Source: Penicillus capitatus
Taxonomy: Eukaryota; Plantae; Chlorophyta
Reading direction: 5' to 3'
Length of the DNA stretch: 64,000 nt
Assembly (NCBI GenBank): GCA_965649825.1
Contig: OZ287695.1
Span: 2,274,398 to 2,338,397, forward strand
In this document: positions 46,721 to 58,880 of the stretch, one piece after another
How the letters are laid out: the number at the start of each line of letters is the position of its first letter
Position numbering within the stretch: position 1 is the stretch's first letter
Position numbers and translations under genes: made by a program
The notes under the pieces: generated by a model
What the model was told of the DNA's origin: nothing
Seen by the model: the letters and a program-made list of their open reading frames with translations, nothing else
The model's database searches: none

Positions 46721-48065
46721 GGCAGCAATGTTGGAGCTGTCATCCAAAACACACAGGATATCTTAGCACTTTCACACCAGTCTTCCAACGATGATCGAGT
46801 GCACTGTGATCGGCGCAATGAAGATCAGACATTACTCATAAATCTGTTCTTACCGACAGTTTTGCAATTCGAGAAAATCGCTCTGCAAGTGAAGCATAGA
46901 GTAATGAGTGTCTAGTAAACAGACAGAAATAGGACAGAAAGGCCACTGTCTGGAGACAATGGTATGTAGGATCAGCATGTCATTTGTGGGAGGTTAGGTG
47001 ATGAAGACATCAAGCAACCCTCTCCAAGACTGTAACGCGTTGGGAGAGGGATTTTTAACTTTTTTTACATTCCACCGTTTGAAACGCGCATGAACTAAGT
47101 GTACACTTTCTGTGCACGGCAACGATTTTCTCGTTCAACGAAGCAGGATTTCTAAGAGCTCGCTTTTCCATGAGCTCAATGTAGTAGTTCTCGGGTTTCC
47201 TGCAATCTTGAATGTAGAACAGATAAATGATGCACTTGAATGTCTGTTTACGCAACGTCGTTGTACAGTTTATTGGCAATTTTTCAGGGAATGGGGTTCA
47301 TGATGGGACTGACGAAGAATGCATCCAGTAACAGATCGAGACTCAGAGCATTCGTTCCCTTTTCCCTTTTCTCCATCGACGGATGCAATCCAGATGCAAA
47401 AAGAAATGCTTAAAAGGCGGAACTGTTTGTTGACGTACCTACTCCATCCTTTGTTGACTGTCAAAGATTAATTGTCTGTTCAAGTGTGTGCGCTCTACCA
47501 CTGATTTTCTATCGTAATCATTGACCAGAATCAGAGAGAGATAAACATGCATGTAGATGATCTGAAACAGCCATCATCGAGAAACGCTGTTTTGAAGTGA
47601 ACGGACAGCTGCTGAACATCATCGTTGACGATGTGTTTCGGTTTCAAGGTCTATTATTCCTCTCACCTCGACTTCTGTTGGCCTGATGGTTCGCAACCAT
47701 GTCACAGTGGACTGACCATCCAACACTTTTTCCTGTTGCGTTTTCTCTGTACATTACCGTAAAAAGGTTCTTACATGACTCGGGGAACACGCGAAGTCTC
47801 ATGCATTCTGGCTTTAAGACCATAGCGCCGAGAAGGAAAACATGGCTGACTCTATCCACAGACGCACGGACAGCCAAATCCTCAATCATCAGCAGTTGTT
47901 TCGCAAGACATCGCGCATCGTGAAGGCAAATCCAGCTAGAGAAGAATCGAGCAGGAAATGAAGAACAACTGCAGATTGTTGGGTGTCTTGTCTGATTGAT
48001 TAGACCCCCGTTGACCGTGTACCGTTTACATTGGCGATATGAAAGAATAAGAAATTTAAATGCAA

Positions 48066-49838
48066 CTAAGCACCGTTTTGGCCATTGTAAATTGCCATTT
48101 CTTCGCGCAGAACACGGACAACAGATTTGAAAGCAAACCATTCGGGAATATCTTCTCCATTGCGCAGCATCTGGCGGAATTTGGTTCCTGAGAACACCGC
48201 CTCCTCATGTCAAGAATCACTCGAGATTGCAGATCTCACCTGAAAGTTTGAGCTCGTGAAGTCCTGCCTCCTTCGAGATATCGGCAGTGACGTATCCTTT
48301 CTCTTCTGTGTAGACAATGTTGAGAGATGGCACTGTCTGCATTCCGAGGGCAGGGGCCATTTCAGCAGCGTAGTTCTGTGCGTCATACGGGCCGTAGAAA
48401 TCATTTCCCGTGACCGAAGACTTTGATCCTGCCATATCTCTACCAATGATGAAGTGCGTGCATCCTGCATGCACACAGAACTCAGGAAAGACCACTCACG
48501 CTCTTGCGTTTCATCAAACCGTAGTTCTTTCGGATGATCATGTGCTGAATGGCCTCGCGTGGACCGGCCATGTGCATGGAGTAAGGCAGATAGGCCCATC
48601 TGAGTTTGGGATTGTCGACTTCCTTCTTCAAGACTTCGTAAGTGTGGTACCGCACAATTCCAGGAATGTCATCATCCTGCATTCCGCATCCAACAACGGT
48701 ACAGAGTGGAGAGGTACTACTGACACCTGCGTGGGTCCACACGTAGGATGCACCAGACACACGGCATCCTCTCCGACGTTATCAGCATCCAATGCTCGTG
48801 TAAAGAGCTCGTAATGTGCCCTGACATCCAACAGACAAGAAACTATCAAGAGAGCTCTCTCCTCGGGCGCAGTCCTTGCGCACCGGTGGATGGGGTTGCG
48901 ACATTGAAAGGCTAAGACGTCTTTGCCTTTGGGCAGTTCTTGACGTACTTGTGCAGGCGTATCACACTTGAACACACGTGTGGGTAGTTCGAGTCCAACA
49001 ATCTTGCCACCTAGCGACGCCTCACTCGATCAGGGTCACATCAATTGACGACATACCGATGTAATATTTGCCTCTCTCCATGGATACCATTTGCACAGCC
49101 GGGTGTTCCAACTGCGATGTGCCATAGCACCTGAGGCATTCCAGAGGTTTGTCTGGCGTCCATTTGGATTCCACTGTCATCACAGCAATTTCCTTGCCGC
49201 CATAGCTGCACACAATTCTCTCATTATGTGACTGACTGTCGGCATCACACAAAGTCACACTTCATCAAGATCTGCGAGCCGATGCCAATGTCTTCATCAT
49301 TTGTGTCCATCACAATGGGCAGACCGAAGATGGTACCCGTCGTCATTTTGGCATCTTTGACCACCGAATGATAATCTGCCTCATTCATGAAACCCTCAAG
49401 AGGCGAGAACCCACTAAACACAAAAGAGTGAGATCTCATTCAAGTTATAGTATCTAAGATCTACACCCGACAATGAGGAGCTCAACGTCACATGCTTGAC
49501 GATCGGTTAACTCAATAGAATGCGTCGTCGCTGCGATTAAGGATTTCTTTTCTTCGTTTGCCGCCATCAGATCCACGAGCACTTCGCCGTGTGGCACCTG
49601 AAGGCCTTCGCTTGTCAACGTGATCGCCGACACCGACACATCCATTCTATATACGTCCGCTCATGAAGGAAGCGGCGACGAAGCTTATCGACCTTGCTCG
49701 TGCTGCCCACGTCGCAGCTGTGGGTGTTTGCAGGCGGCGAGACGCAACTGAACGGCGTTCACTCCACGATGGCGTCGAAGGCCGAACAGCCGCCGGAACG
49801 TCGCACACGCGCGTCGCTTTGGCAAAAGGGAAGACCAT
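48066..49838 (-). CDS. ATS: Plastid ATP sulfurylase (sulfate adenylyltransferase, Sat-type), multi-exon
   Basis: VPHG, GFSPLEGFM, GLPIVMD, AFQCRNPIHR|AHYEL, HPTCGPTQ, MHMAGPREAIQHMIIRKNYG, IIGRDMAG and LSG|TKFRQMLR. Confidence 0.94.
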
Positions 49839-49928
49839 ATGGCCAGCGCGTGTATAGACCATCCCAATCATCAGCAGCGAGCAACGCGAGAGATAGATAG
49901 ACACGTAAGTCACGTCACATCCATCCAC

Positions 49929-50650
49929 TCATGCAAAAAACTGCATCGCTTCGTCGAATATACGATCAATTGTGGACTCTTTAAGGAAATCGTGATCATC
50001 GTCGAGTTCTATCAGCTTCATGCGATCCGGATTCTCTTGTTCCAATTGCATGACATAACCATTCTTGGGTGGAATAATCTTGTCATGCGTTCCCACTAGG
50101 ATCAAAGTCGGACATGGGACACTGGGATATCTCGGAAACTGTAGCGAATCCTCGACATAAGCATAGGGAATCTTCACGAGTTCTTCCTCCTTTCCCGCCA
50201 CATACTCGCGTTCGCCCTCGGCTTTCCATTCTTCAATTGCCTTCTCATTATCGACATCCGCAATAGTCGTCCATGTTTGCTACGTACACAGCACGCATAG
50301 GACTGAAGAGACGTATGTCTGTTGCCGGCGACTTTGAGGTTAACAGCCGGATTGAGCAGAATGACACGATCCACATGGGTAGGATGTTGGGACGCATAGA
50401 CTGCTGAGATAAATCCGCCCATACTGGAGCCAATGAGACGAAGGGGCTTTTTGTGCTCGTGGTAGAATGCCTCGAGTGCCTGAAGAGAGATCGACACTCG
50501 GGTGTCGGCGTGACCCTTTCCCGCTTTGACATCAAACACGTTCAACTCGATCCCTTTCTCCGCAAATCGTTTCCGGAAGATAGCGCCCTTCGTTGTCTGC
50601 ACGTCGCCGCGGAAGCCATGAAGGTAGAGGTAACAAAATTGCGTCGCCAT
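49929..50650 (-). CDS. YqiA/YcfP-like (UPF0227) alpha/beta hydrolase, multi-exon
   Basis: YLYLHGF, LIGSSMGG (GxSxG), ILLNPA, TLILVGTHDKIIP and LIELDDDH. Confidence 0.8.
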
Positions 50651-50728
50651 TATGCGTCTCAAATGACACTCTCTGTCGTTCTCTCATCCAACAGTTGATG
50701 TGACGTTGTAATGCATAGCCCGAATGGT

Positions 50729-53400
50729 TTACACGGAAGGCAGAGGTGTATCGGCATTTAGGACGGCCATTCTATGACGTGCATAATCGATGACGAGTCG
50801 ACTGTCTTGCAACATGTTCATGCAAAGAATACCACAAGCATAGACACTGATATCCATTTTGGAGCCGGGAAAGAAAAGGCAGGAGATCTGACATGACACG
50901 CCACACGTCATATATCGAAAGAGCAACCAATCCCTGTCACATCATACCTTGTCAAATCTTTTTCCGCCTAGCTCAAACCAGGAGAGTGTAGCATTCTGCA
51001 CTGGCAGACGTCCTGTCTGGCTGCCACCGACGCCTTTGACAAATCTACAGGCATGAGAGGGTATTGCAACGTGGAATGCGTAGAACGTGTGTTTACGTTT
51101 TGACATTCTTGTCCAGATCGTCTTGTAGATTGAACTCACGGACGGCTCTCGACATAAACATCACAAAGGCGCCACCTGTGTACAACACCGTTTAAACATC
51201 GCATGCCCGTGAACATACTTTGATGTGTGACCTGCTCCGGTATCAATCATAAAGAGGCCCTCGTAGACGTCGTTTCCGTCTGTGCAGAATCTCGCTTTGA
51301 TGTGGGGTAGATTTGTAATCTAACAGACATATGGCCGCACGCAACTCCTGTTCTTTGCATCCATGAAGGCATACCATATGGAGGCGACTCCATCCAGAAG
51401 GTGCCAGTTCTGGCAGTTTTAGATTCTTGTCGACATCATGGAGCTTGACAATGAAGTTTGGATCTCTAGGCGAGAATGATTCGACATCCGTCATAGGCAC
51501 AAGCTCGACAACTGCCCTTCGGAAGACATCGTAGCCGATGATCCCCACGACGGGTCGACAAGTACCGGCCACCAACCCAGGAACTGGCATCTCCATGAAT
51601 TGAGGTTGCCAAAGCGTCAACGGGCCCAAAGCTAAACTATCTGCGCGACGAAAATGGGCCGGAACCTGAAAGATCACTCTCATAACGCATAACAGAGAGA
51701 AACGCATCAGTGTACTTTTCCAGAAACGCCAGAAACGAAGAGATCTCCAAATCCTTCGAGGTCGAGTGCATCGGCTGCATTCTTTTCCATTACCAAACCA
51801 CTGGCACCTGACGCATTCTCATGACACGGTGTTGGCTGCCTGTTATGAAAGCTGACTCACCTGTATCCAATATCATGTACCCAACATCTTTGCCATTGAT
51901 CTTGGGTTTCACCAAGATGTGACAGCTAGGTGTCTTCCAAGCCTATCATCCATAACACCTGTCGAGAATGCCAGACAAGAGAGAGGGTCACAGGTATGAG
52001 ACTGGGCAGAGAAGAATCAAATGTTGATCGTGGGGGACGTAGCTTGAAATCGGGGGGTTCAAATAATGCATCAACTTCTATCAAGGAGCGCATGAGCGGA
52101 GAGAAAGCTTGAACAGATGTCGTGCGATATGAGTGATGTCCCCCTGACGTGGTTCTGTGCACAATCTCATCTGGATAGACCACCCTGATAGCAGAACTCC
52201 TCATGCAGAGAACACATAACAGGCATATCCTGAAGCACACCGAGGACTACCCCAGTGCTGCCAGTTTCGAAGCAGCCATATCTCTTCGTCACCAAAGAGG
52301 TCTTGGCGAATTTGGATGGGGAGCCATGTTAAGCAATCCACCCGTACCGTCACTTTCACCTAAAATGCATCGAGGCAATCTGCCATCGCCTACGCATCGA
52401 ACGAATAGCAAGCACACTTTCCCACTCTTGAGTCGAACAGCAAGATCAAGAGTCTTATTAAGGTCGCGGCTCGATGGATCGTCTAGAGGGCAATCCTTTT
52501 CAAGATCACATGAGCTGTTCGTGTGATCTGCTACTGTCGACATGACCATGTTATCGATCACCTGGCACAATGATAACAGCCAATACCGTAAGAGATACGT
52601 CCATTTCGAAAGGCGAGAGAAACTGTTTGCGATTGGGGAACTGTTTCTACGATCTCTATGTGGAGTTCTTCGAGAACAGAAGGAAGAAGCCATTGGCCCG
52701 TACGCAACCAGGTTGTCAGCAAACACGATTCAAGATCATCCAACTCCACCGAACGTGAAACGCCACTGTAGTCCGTCTGTTGCCACAGCCGTCCATGCAG
52801 ATAGGCAAGAGAGATGAAGACAGAGAGAGGTACCTCCCAACAGACACTCGATGGTAATGGAGATGTGGCCCAAGCGCACGAGAACTTTTCTGCGATAAAG
52901 TGTTCGTGGAAGGCTCCGTTCTGTCCCAATGTGAGATTCCACTCCATGTCCAATCCAAGATGCCTTCCCATGCCTCTGACCACTGCCGTCTAGATCACGG
53001 ATCAGTCGCTCTTTATTCCTAAGTCAGAATATGAGAATCCAGACACTGTGCAGGAGTGCAGAATCGGCAGGTAAGATCCGCTCTTGGACATTGCGCAAAA
53101 CGTCTGCCAGTTGAAACGCGGATGTCTTCGTGTCCTCCAGCCCGAAACCCTCGACCACGTCTTCACGACGTGTGCCAGAGAGAACACGAGTAGTTGTGTA
53201 CGAGGTACCGCTCTCACTCCTCGAAAGAATACTTCTGCGCCGTTTACTTGCAGCAGCACTCTTGGCAGAGACTTTGGGGAACGCTGCCGATGGCGAGAAA
53301 TGACGAACGGGTGTTCGCCTGGTAAAACCCGAAGGAAAACGTCGGTACTGTGCGAATGCCGAACAGGCAAAGCGCACGAAGGTTTGAAGCATGTGGTCAT
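50729..53400 (-). CDS. Uncharacterised protein with two retropepsin-like aspartyl-protease lobes (bacterial-type), multi-exon
   Basis: HILVKPKINGKDVGYMILDT|GASGLVM (spliced) and LFMIDTGAG, plus VVGIIGYDVFRR and KMDISVYACG..HRMAV (GxxG-type closing strands). The N-terminal exon assignment is approximate. Confidence 0.65.
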
Positions 53401-53834
53401 GATCGTATCACCGCCCATCTATTTCTCGGCGACGTCAACCGCAGCAGTATTTGCGGCATGCGGTGTGAGATACGCTCAACAAGTATCGCCCTCATCTGCT
53501 ATGAGTCGTCATCATCGATTGTCGAGGGGTCCATCTGATAACGCACCGAGCAACAGTCAATCACATGAGATGTCGCAACAACGATTCGGTTTCTTTGAGG
53601 CCAATCGTCGGCAAACAATGAGGAACGCTCCTTTCGCGCGTGAGCCATCCGATGCGTCCCACACAGTGGTTATGCCTTGTCGGCGAGATGTGGTGCTGCA
53701 TGGAAGGACGGACGGACTCTCGGTACTCCTGTCGGTTGATTTGGAATGCATCTCTTTTGTGTCATCGTGCTCATCTGCGAACGTGACGTAACGCAGATTG
53801 TCTTTGCGAGTGTTGAACAGTACCCATGTTGCGC

Positions 53835-56800
53835 ATGAGAGTACGCAGCCACGGAGGCACGAGTCGTTCGGATCTCTCCCTTGCAGAGCCTTCGCTTCTT
53901 CGACAGCGGAGCTTTTTCGGTACGCGTCTGCCGCGTCGACCTCAGACCCATTTCCCGCCCTTGCGACGACGATGTCCCGCCACCCTTCAAACGCGCGACA
54001 CCACCTTGGCCACAGCGGTCCGTTATCTTCTGCTCCTCGATGGCATCGACGGTCGATCTCTAGGCCGTCGGACATTCGAAGATCTTTGGCGCGCCGATGG
54101 AGAAGACCTCTTATCACGCTATCTTTTCGGGACGTCCCTTTGCCATCATTCTGACGGCCTCTATCGCTGTGATCGCTATCTGCGCCACACTGGGATGGAA
54201 TCTGGGATGTCGACTTCCAGGTCTAACACCTCTCACCGATCCCTCGTACCGTGACTCTGTGATCCAGGGGCACTTCAATCGTGGGGTCGGTATATCTGCT
54301 GCGCTGTGGGATTTCTGTTTGGAAGTGTGCTCTCTAAAGTTTCGTTGGAGATGCATGAAGAGGCAGCCCGTGTGGACGTGCACAATGCGATCATCTCTCA
54401 AGATCCGACGACACTGGACGGCAGTTTGGTGCAAGAAATGAGTCGACGTTATGGACTGAATCTCGTAAAGAGGCTCAGTCCGCAGCTCTGCGCCTTCTAT
54501 GATCGCTATCTCGAGTCATGCATTCCAAAAGGGGAAGCGTCATTGACGGGGAAGGAGGCTAGCAAACTCGTGGCGTTTAAATCGGCGTTGGGTATCTCGG
54601 ATGAAGATGCAGCACTGGTCCATATGGATGTCGGCCGACGTCTCTCTCGCTCAACCTTCGAATCGGACACCCGGACCGAACGCAGTACATCTCGAAAAGT
54701 AAGATTGAGAAAGAAAAAGAGTATGGGTCTAGGTACCTATATTTCTCTAGGCTTTCCAATCGTGGATATATCTGTCTTACCTGGTGTTCGGAGAGAGAAA
54801 AGCTGCTTTCCTACTACCCCTACGCCGCGTTTTCGGCCTGTCACAGGCGCAGATCTCAGTGGCAATCCGCGAAAATGCAAAGGCCGTTTTTCGGCAGAAG
54901 ATGGAAGAGATGGGAAGAGGTCTTCAAATGGATCGGGCATTTTTGGAGAAACTGCGACAGACGCAGTTATCGAGTCAGTTAAGCGATGATGTCGCTTCAG
55001 AGGTTGTGATGGACATTGCCAAGAAGAAGGTCGAAAACGATCTCCGGGATGCACTAAACAGCATCCGAGATCGCAGCACGTCCAAAGACCTCGGTCTTCC
55101 CATGCACAAGATGACCGAAGTGCTAGAGTTTAATCAGGACATGGCATCCTTTGCTGCGGAGAACTCAGAATCGTTGCCTCCCGGATTGGGAAAGATTACC
55201 ATTCATGGCGGCGCATTTGAGAAAGCGACATCGAGCGCTGATCAGCGGGAGCTCTTCCAACTGTTTTTGGAAGAGAAACTGGTCTCTCTCGAAGGGCAGT
55301 TCACCATCAAGCTTAGAAAAGAACTGGATGAACTGATGTTTGTGCTGGGCCTGGGCCCCAAAGAGGCTGAGCGTGTGACAAATGAAGTGTGTAGTAAAGT
55401 TTATCGTCGGTTGTTGCGTGAAGAAGTGACGAGCGGAAGGTCACTTCTGTTGGTTTCATGGTGAATGGAGTGCTAAATCGACTGCTGTGCTTTGCAGGTT
55501 GGACGCAGCAGAATCGAAGGCGGCTGTATTACAGCGTCTGTGTGATCGTATTCAGTTCCGTCCGGAACTGGCAGCCGCCATGCACAAAGGCATCTATCGA
55601 CAGAAGATGGAGGCGTCGTTGCAAGAGAACGGCAAGATTACGGACGAAGACGAAAAAGAGCTTCAACGCATTCGAACCCTCATGTGCATTCCAGACGTAT
55701 CCCGCATTTGACCCCTCTCCTCTATCTCAACCTTATATTCTGTGAACAGAGCGATGTGTTGGATGTGATGCGGTCGACTGTAGGATCCAAGTTTAGAAGC
55801 GCTTTGGATGAGGCTCTGTCTGTGAAATATGACGCTTTTGGCCAGAGAGAGCGCAACATTGTGTTGACGGCGATCAAGGAATTGCGCATTAACAAAGACA
55901 TGGCCAAGGAGATGCTGGCGGTCTCGACGAAGAATCTCTTTCTGCAATATATCACTGCTTCACGACTGAAACAGAATCGACTGGATGCAGCAAAGGAATT
56001 GAAGCGGATGGTGTTTTTCAGCAACATTGTTATTGCTCCATTGCTCGAAGACATCAAGGGCGCTCAGGTTGATCTGACAGAAACAATGAAACAATTCTCA
56101 GAGACGCTTGCCAAAGCTTCAAAAGAGGTGGAGGATGAAGGAGACAAACCGCTGCCCACTGCAGCAGAAGAAGTCGCTGCTCAGCCAGAAGGTCACGTCT
56201 TCTTCCTCAAACATGTCATGTTAAGTGGAATCGGCCTTTCTAGGATCGACGCCCAGTACTTTGAGCAAAGCGACGAAAGCAAAAGAAGTGTTCGAGACGG
56301 AAGGCGACAAAGAGGTCTCCTCCGGTGTTCGCATGTCCTCTCAAAAAGAGATCACGCTGAGAGATGAACTAGATCTGCGCGATCGTTCGGATATCTACCG
56401 CAATTATCTGCTCTACTGCCTCAGCGGAGACGTCATTTCGATGCCAATGGGCAGCGTAGTGATGCTGGAGCGGGATAACGATGAGTTTGGTCGGTTGAGT
56501 CAACTGGGCGACATTCTGGGTCTCACTCCAGTAGATGTGATGAAGATTCACACAGACTTCGCCGAACAAGCCTTCCGACAACAGGTGAAGGCGGTTTTGG
56601 ACGACGGTCCTTTGACAAAGGAGAAGACCGAGGCATTGACAGAGATGCAGGACAAGATGGGTCTTTCGGCCGAACAGGGACAGAAGATCATCAAAGGGGT
56701 CCAAAACGAACGCATGGCTTCCAGTCTGCAGTCGGCCAAAGCGATGGGGGATCTCAGCATTCAGAAACTCCTCGACATGAAAGACACGGGCGTCGAAATC

Positions 56801-57368
56801 GAATCCTTCACAAGTCAGGAATTCAGACGTCGGTTGTACGAACAAGAAGCCGAACGGATCATGTCCGATGGAAAAGGCGACTTTGATGAATCCTATCTCT
56901 TCACGCGTCTTCCCACCAGTCTCGGCATTGACGCTGTCAAGGTTTCGTTATATTGGTCTGGCAACTCAATGTGTGAGGTGTTTATTGTATGAGGCACGGG
57001 CTTCGGTGGAAGATGTTGCAAAAGGGAAGCAGAAACTTCAAGTTGTGCAAGCGATGTCCGATCTCAGGATGAAGAAAGCCGATGCATTGGTTGCTGATGT
57101 GAACAATCTCTTGGTCTGCTCCAAGATATTGATGGGCAGCAGCAACAACAACAAGACAGAGAACGGAAATGGGATATGGGATCGACGAGATGAAGTGCTT
57201 GATCTCTTTGCGGTCTACTTTTGGAAAACAAGAGACGAGGAAATGGCCAAAGATCTGCAATCTGTCTTGAAGATCGATGAAAAGGAGGCCAGTGCACTGA
57301 AAGCGTCGATCGAGGATGGGAGCTTCAGGTTTGTGGAAGAGGTCAAAGATGAAGAAGTCTTCTTCTGA
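53835..57368 (+). CDS. TIC110: Plastid inner-envelope translocon component Tic110, multi-exon
   Basis: Transit-like N-terminus, IFGAP, two TM helices, AARVDVHNAI, LVAFKSALGISDEDAALVHMDVGRRL, FLLPLRRVFGLS, KELKRMVFFSNIV and DIYRNYLLYCLSGDV..RLSQLGDILGL. Confidence 0.88.
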
Positions 57369-57399
57369 TACAGAAACAACATTCCGAGTGGATTTTGAA

Positions 57400-58009
57400 T
57401 TGCATATATGGTGAATACATGTCGACCATTTCGCGAACGTCATTCATCGGACACGCGAGCTGCCACAACATCTACGCAGGACGACACACTGGTCGATGTC
57501 GACTTGCCCACAGGCGATGCCTTCTTAGCCCTATCCGACGGTGCTGCCTCAGTGCTATCCTCTTTTCATCGCTTCTTGCTCTTGGGTTGGATCTTGTCTT
57601 TGATCATAGACGAGAGGACTTTCGTCTGAGTTCTTTGCGACGATCGACCCGATGCGAGAGATGATATGACGTCTTCCGCATCATTTTATTTCTTCTTCTG
57701 CCGATCCATCTTTGCCTTGGACGCCGCAAACTGACTCAGTTTTCTAATCTCGCAGCTCCAGCTCTGAATGACTCTGTTTCTGGGCCTCGCTTCTTAAGTA
57801 TAGCAAATCTCTTTGTCAAAGGCCCTTCGACCGAAGAGCCATCATCCCTGTTGCTGCCGCAGAACTTCAATCTGCACAAGGGAGTTCACAAGTTTCAAAA
57901 GAACAGAATCTCGAGCAATGGACCTAAAAGGCTCTGAATGTTCAGAATGCCTTTCTGGGCGAGAATGACCCTCGAAAGAATCCGGTTGCTTTTGCATATC
58001 CCGCTTCAT
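57400..58009 (-). CDS. Possible small basic (K/S-rich) hypothetical gene or gene relic
   Basis: ATG at about 58009, a plausible 50-nt GT-AG intron, and K-rich frames (VIQSWSCEIRKLSQFAASKAKMDRQKKK). I could not build a consistent model. Confidence 0.2.
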
Positions 58010-58132
58010 TTTTTAGAATGGACGGGTGTTCTTGTGACAACTGTGCTAGATTGTAAACATGCTTCGAGACCAAATCGGCAAGTAGGCTAGTGTCACAGAG
58101 ACGAAGGTGAAGGAGAGACATTAAAGCAGATG

Positions 58133-58171
58133 TGACGTCCTATGACGTCGATCGTGACGTTAGCATGACGT
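58133..58171. promoter_or_regulatory. Cluster of four TGACGT (bZIP/as-1-like) motifs
   Basis: TGACGT starts at 58133, 58143, 58155 and 58166 (spacings 10, 12, 11 bp). Confidence 0.45.
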
Positions 58172-58880
58172 GAGGCAAGAGTCATGTAAACAGAGGGATA
58201 AAAACCGGATCGTTAAACAAAAAACACTATTTTACAAAGACACTCTTCCTTTTGCGCACTTCCGTTTGTAAATACGACACTCGCGTAACACAAGTGTAAC
58301 CCGGCACTGGGCTTGAAAATAGGAGGTAAGCTTCCGTGGCGGGAGATGTCGCCAAGATTTCTCTGGCGATGTGACTGTCTCGTTTGCAATGGGTCATCTG
58401 CCGGGAGGGCACGTGGTGTCATGTCAAAAGGGCTTTGTTCTGTGAAAGGGGTCCTTTTCTCTGGCTCTGCATACGGGGTGATTCACCTGCCTTGAAAGTC
58501 TTATCACCATGCACATATATGATGGGGACTCGAGATCATTCAGGACCTTGCTTCGATTACTGTAAGAGTCTTCCGCTGTGCGGCTCGGTTACACTTGTGT
58601 TTATCCGACACCCCTTGCGCACAGCAACTCCGACCAATGTCTCGTGTGAGTGTTCCTGCATGCTAGTTAGGTACATCCCCACGCCCTTGTACAAAGATAG
58701 CCGCATTCTGGCTGCTCGGTGGTGGTGCGCCGATCGCGACACTTGAAAATGGGACTTCATCCTCGAGCACCAAGACGGCGGCGAACGCCCCGTCCGAGCG
58801 ACCCTGCACGTTGGCACCGTGGTGCCCCACGCCCCCGTGGCGAGAGAATCCAGCAAAGCCGGCTACAACGCGGTGATCCG

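Noticed and set aside
7307-49838. Sulfur-metabolism gene cluster (SufS plus ATP sulfurylase)
   Set aside because: The genes are about 40 kb apart with many unrelated genes between them, so there is no operon-like linkage.
50729-53400. LTR-retrotransposon protease
   Set aside because: There are no gag, RT, RNase H or integrase domains and no LTRs; the gene is intron-rich and has two catalytic motifs.
373-57664. The many 60-190-aa ORFs overlapping identified genes on the opposite strand or in other frames
   Set aside because: They are antisense or shadow frames, or intron-spanning artefacts with alternative starts, and carry no recognisable motifs.
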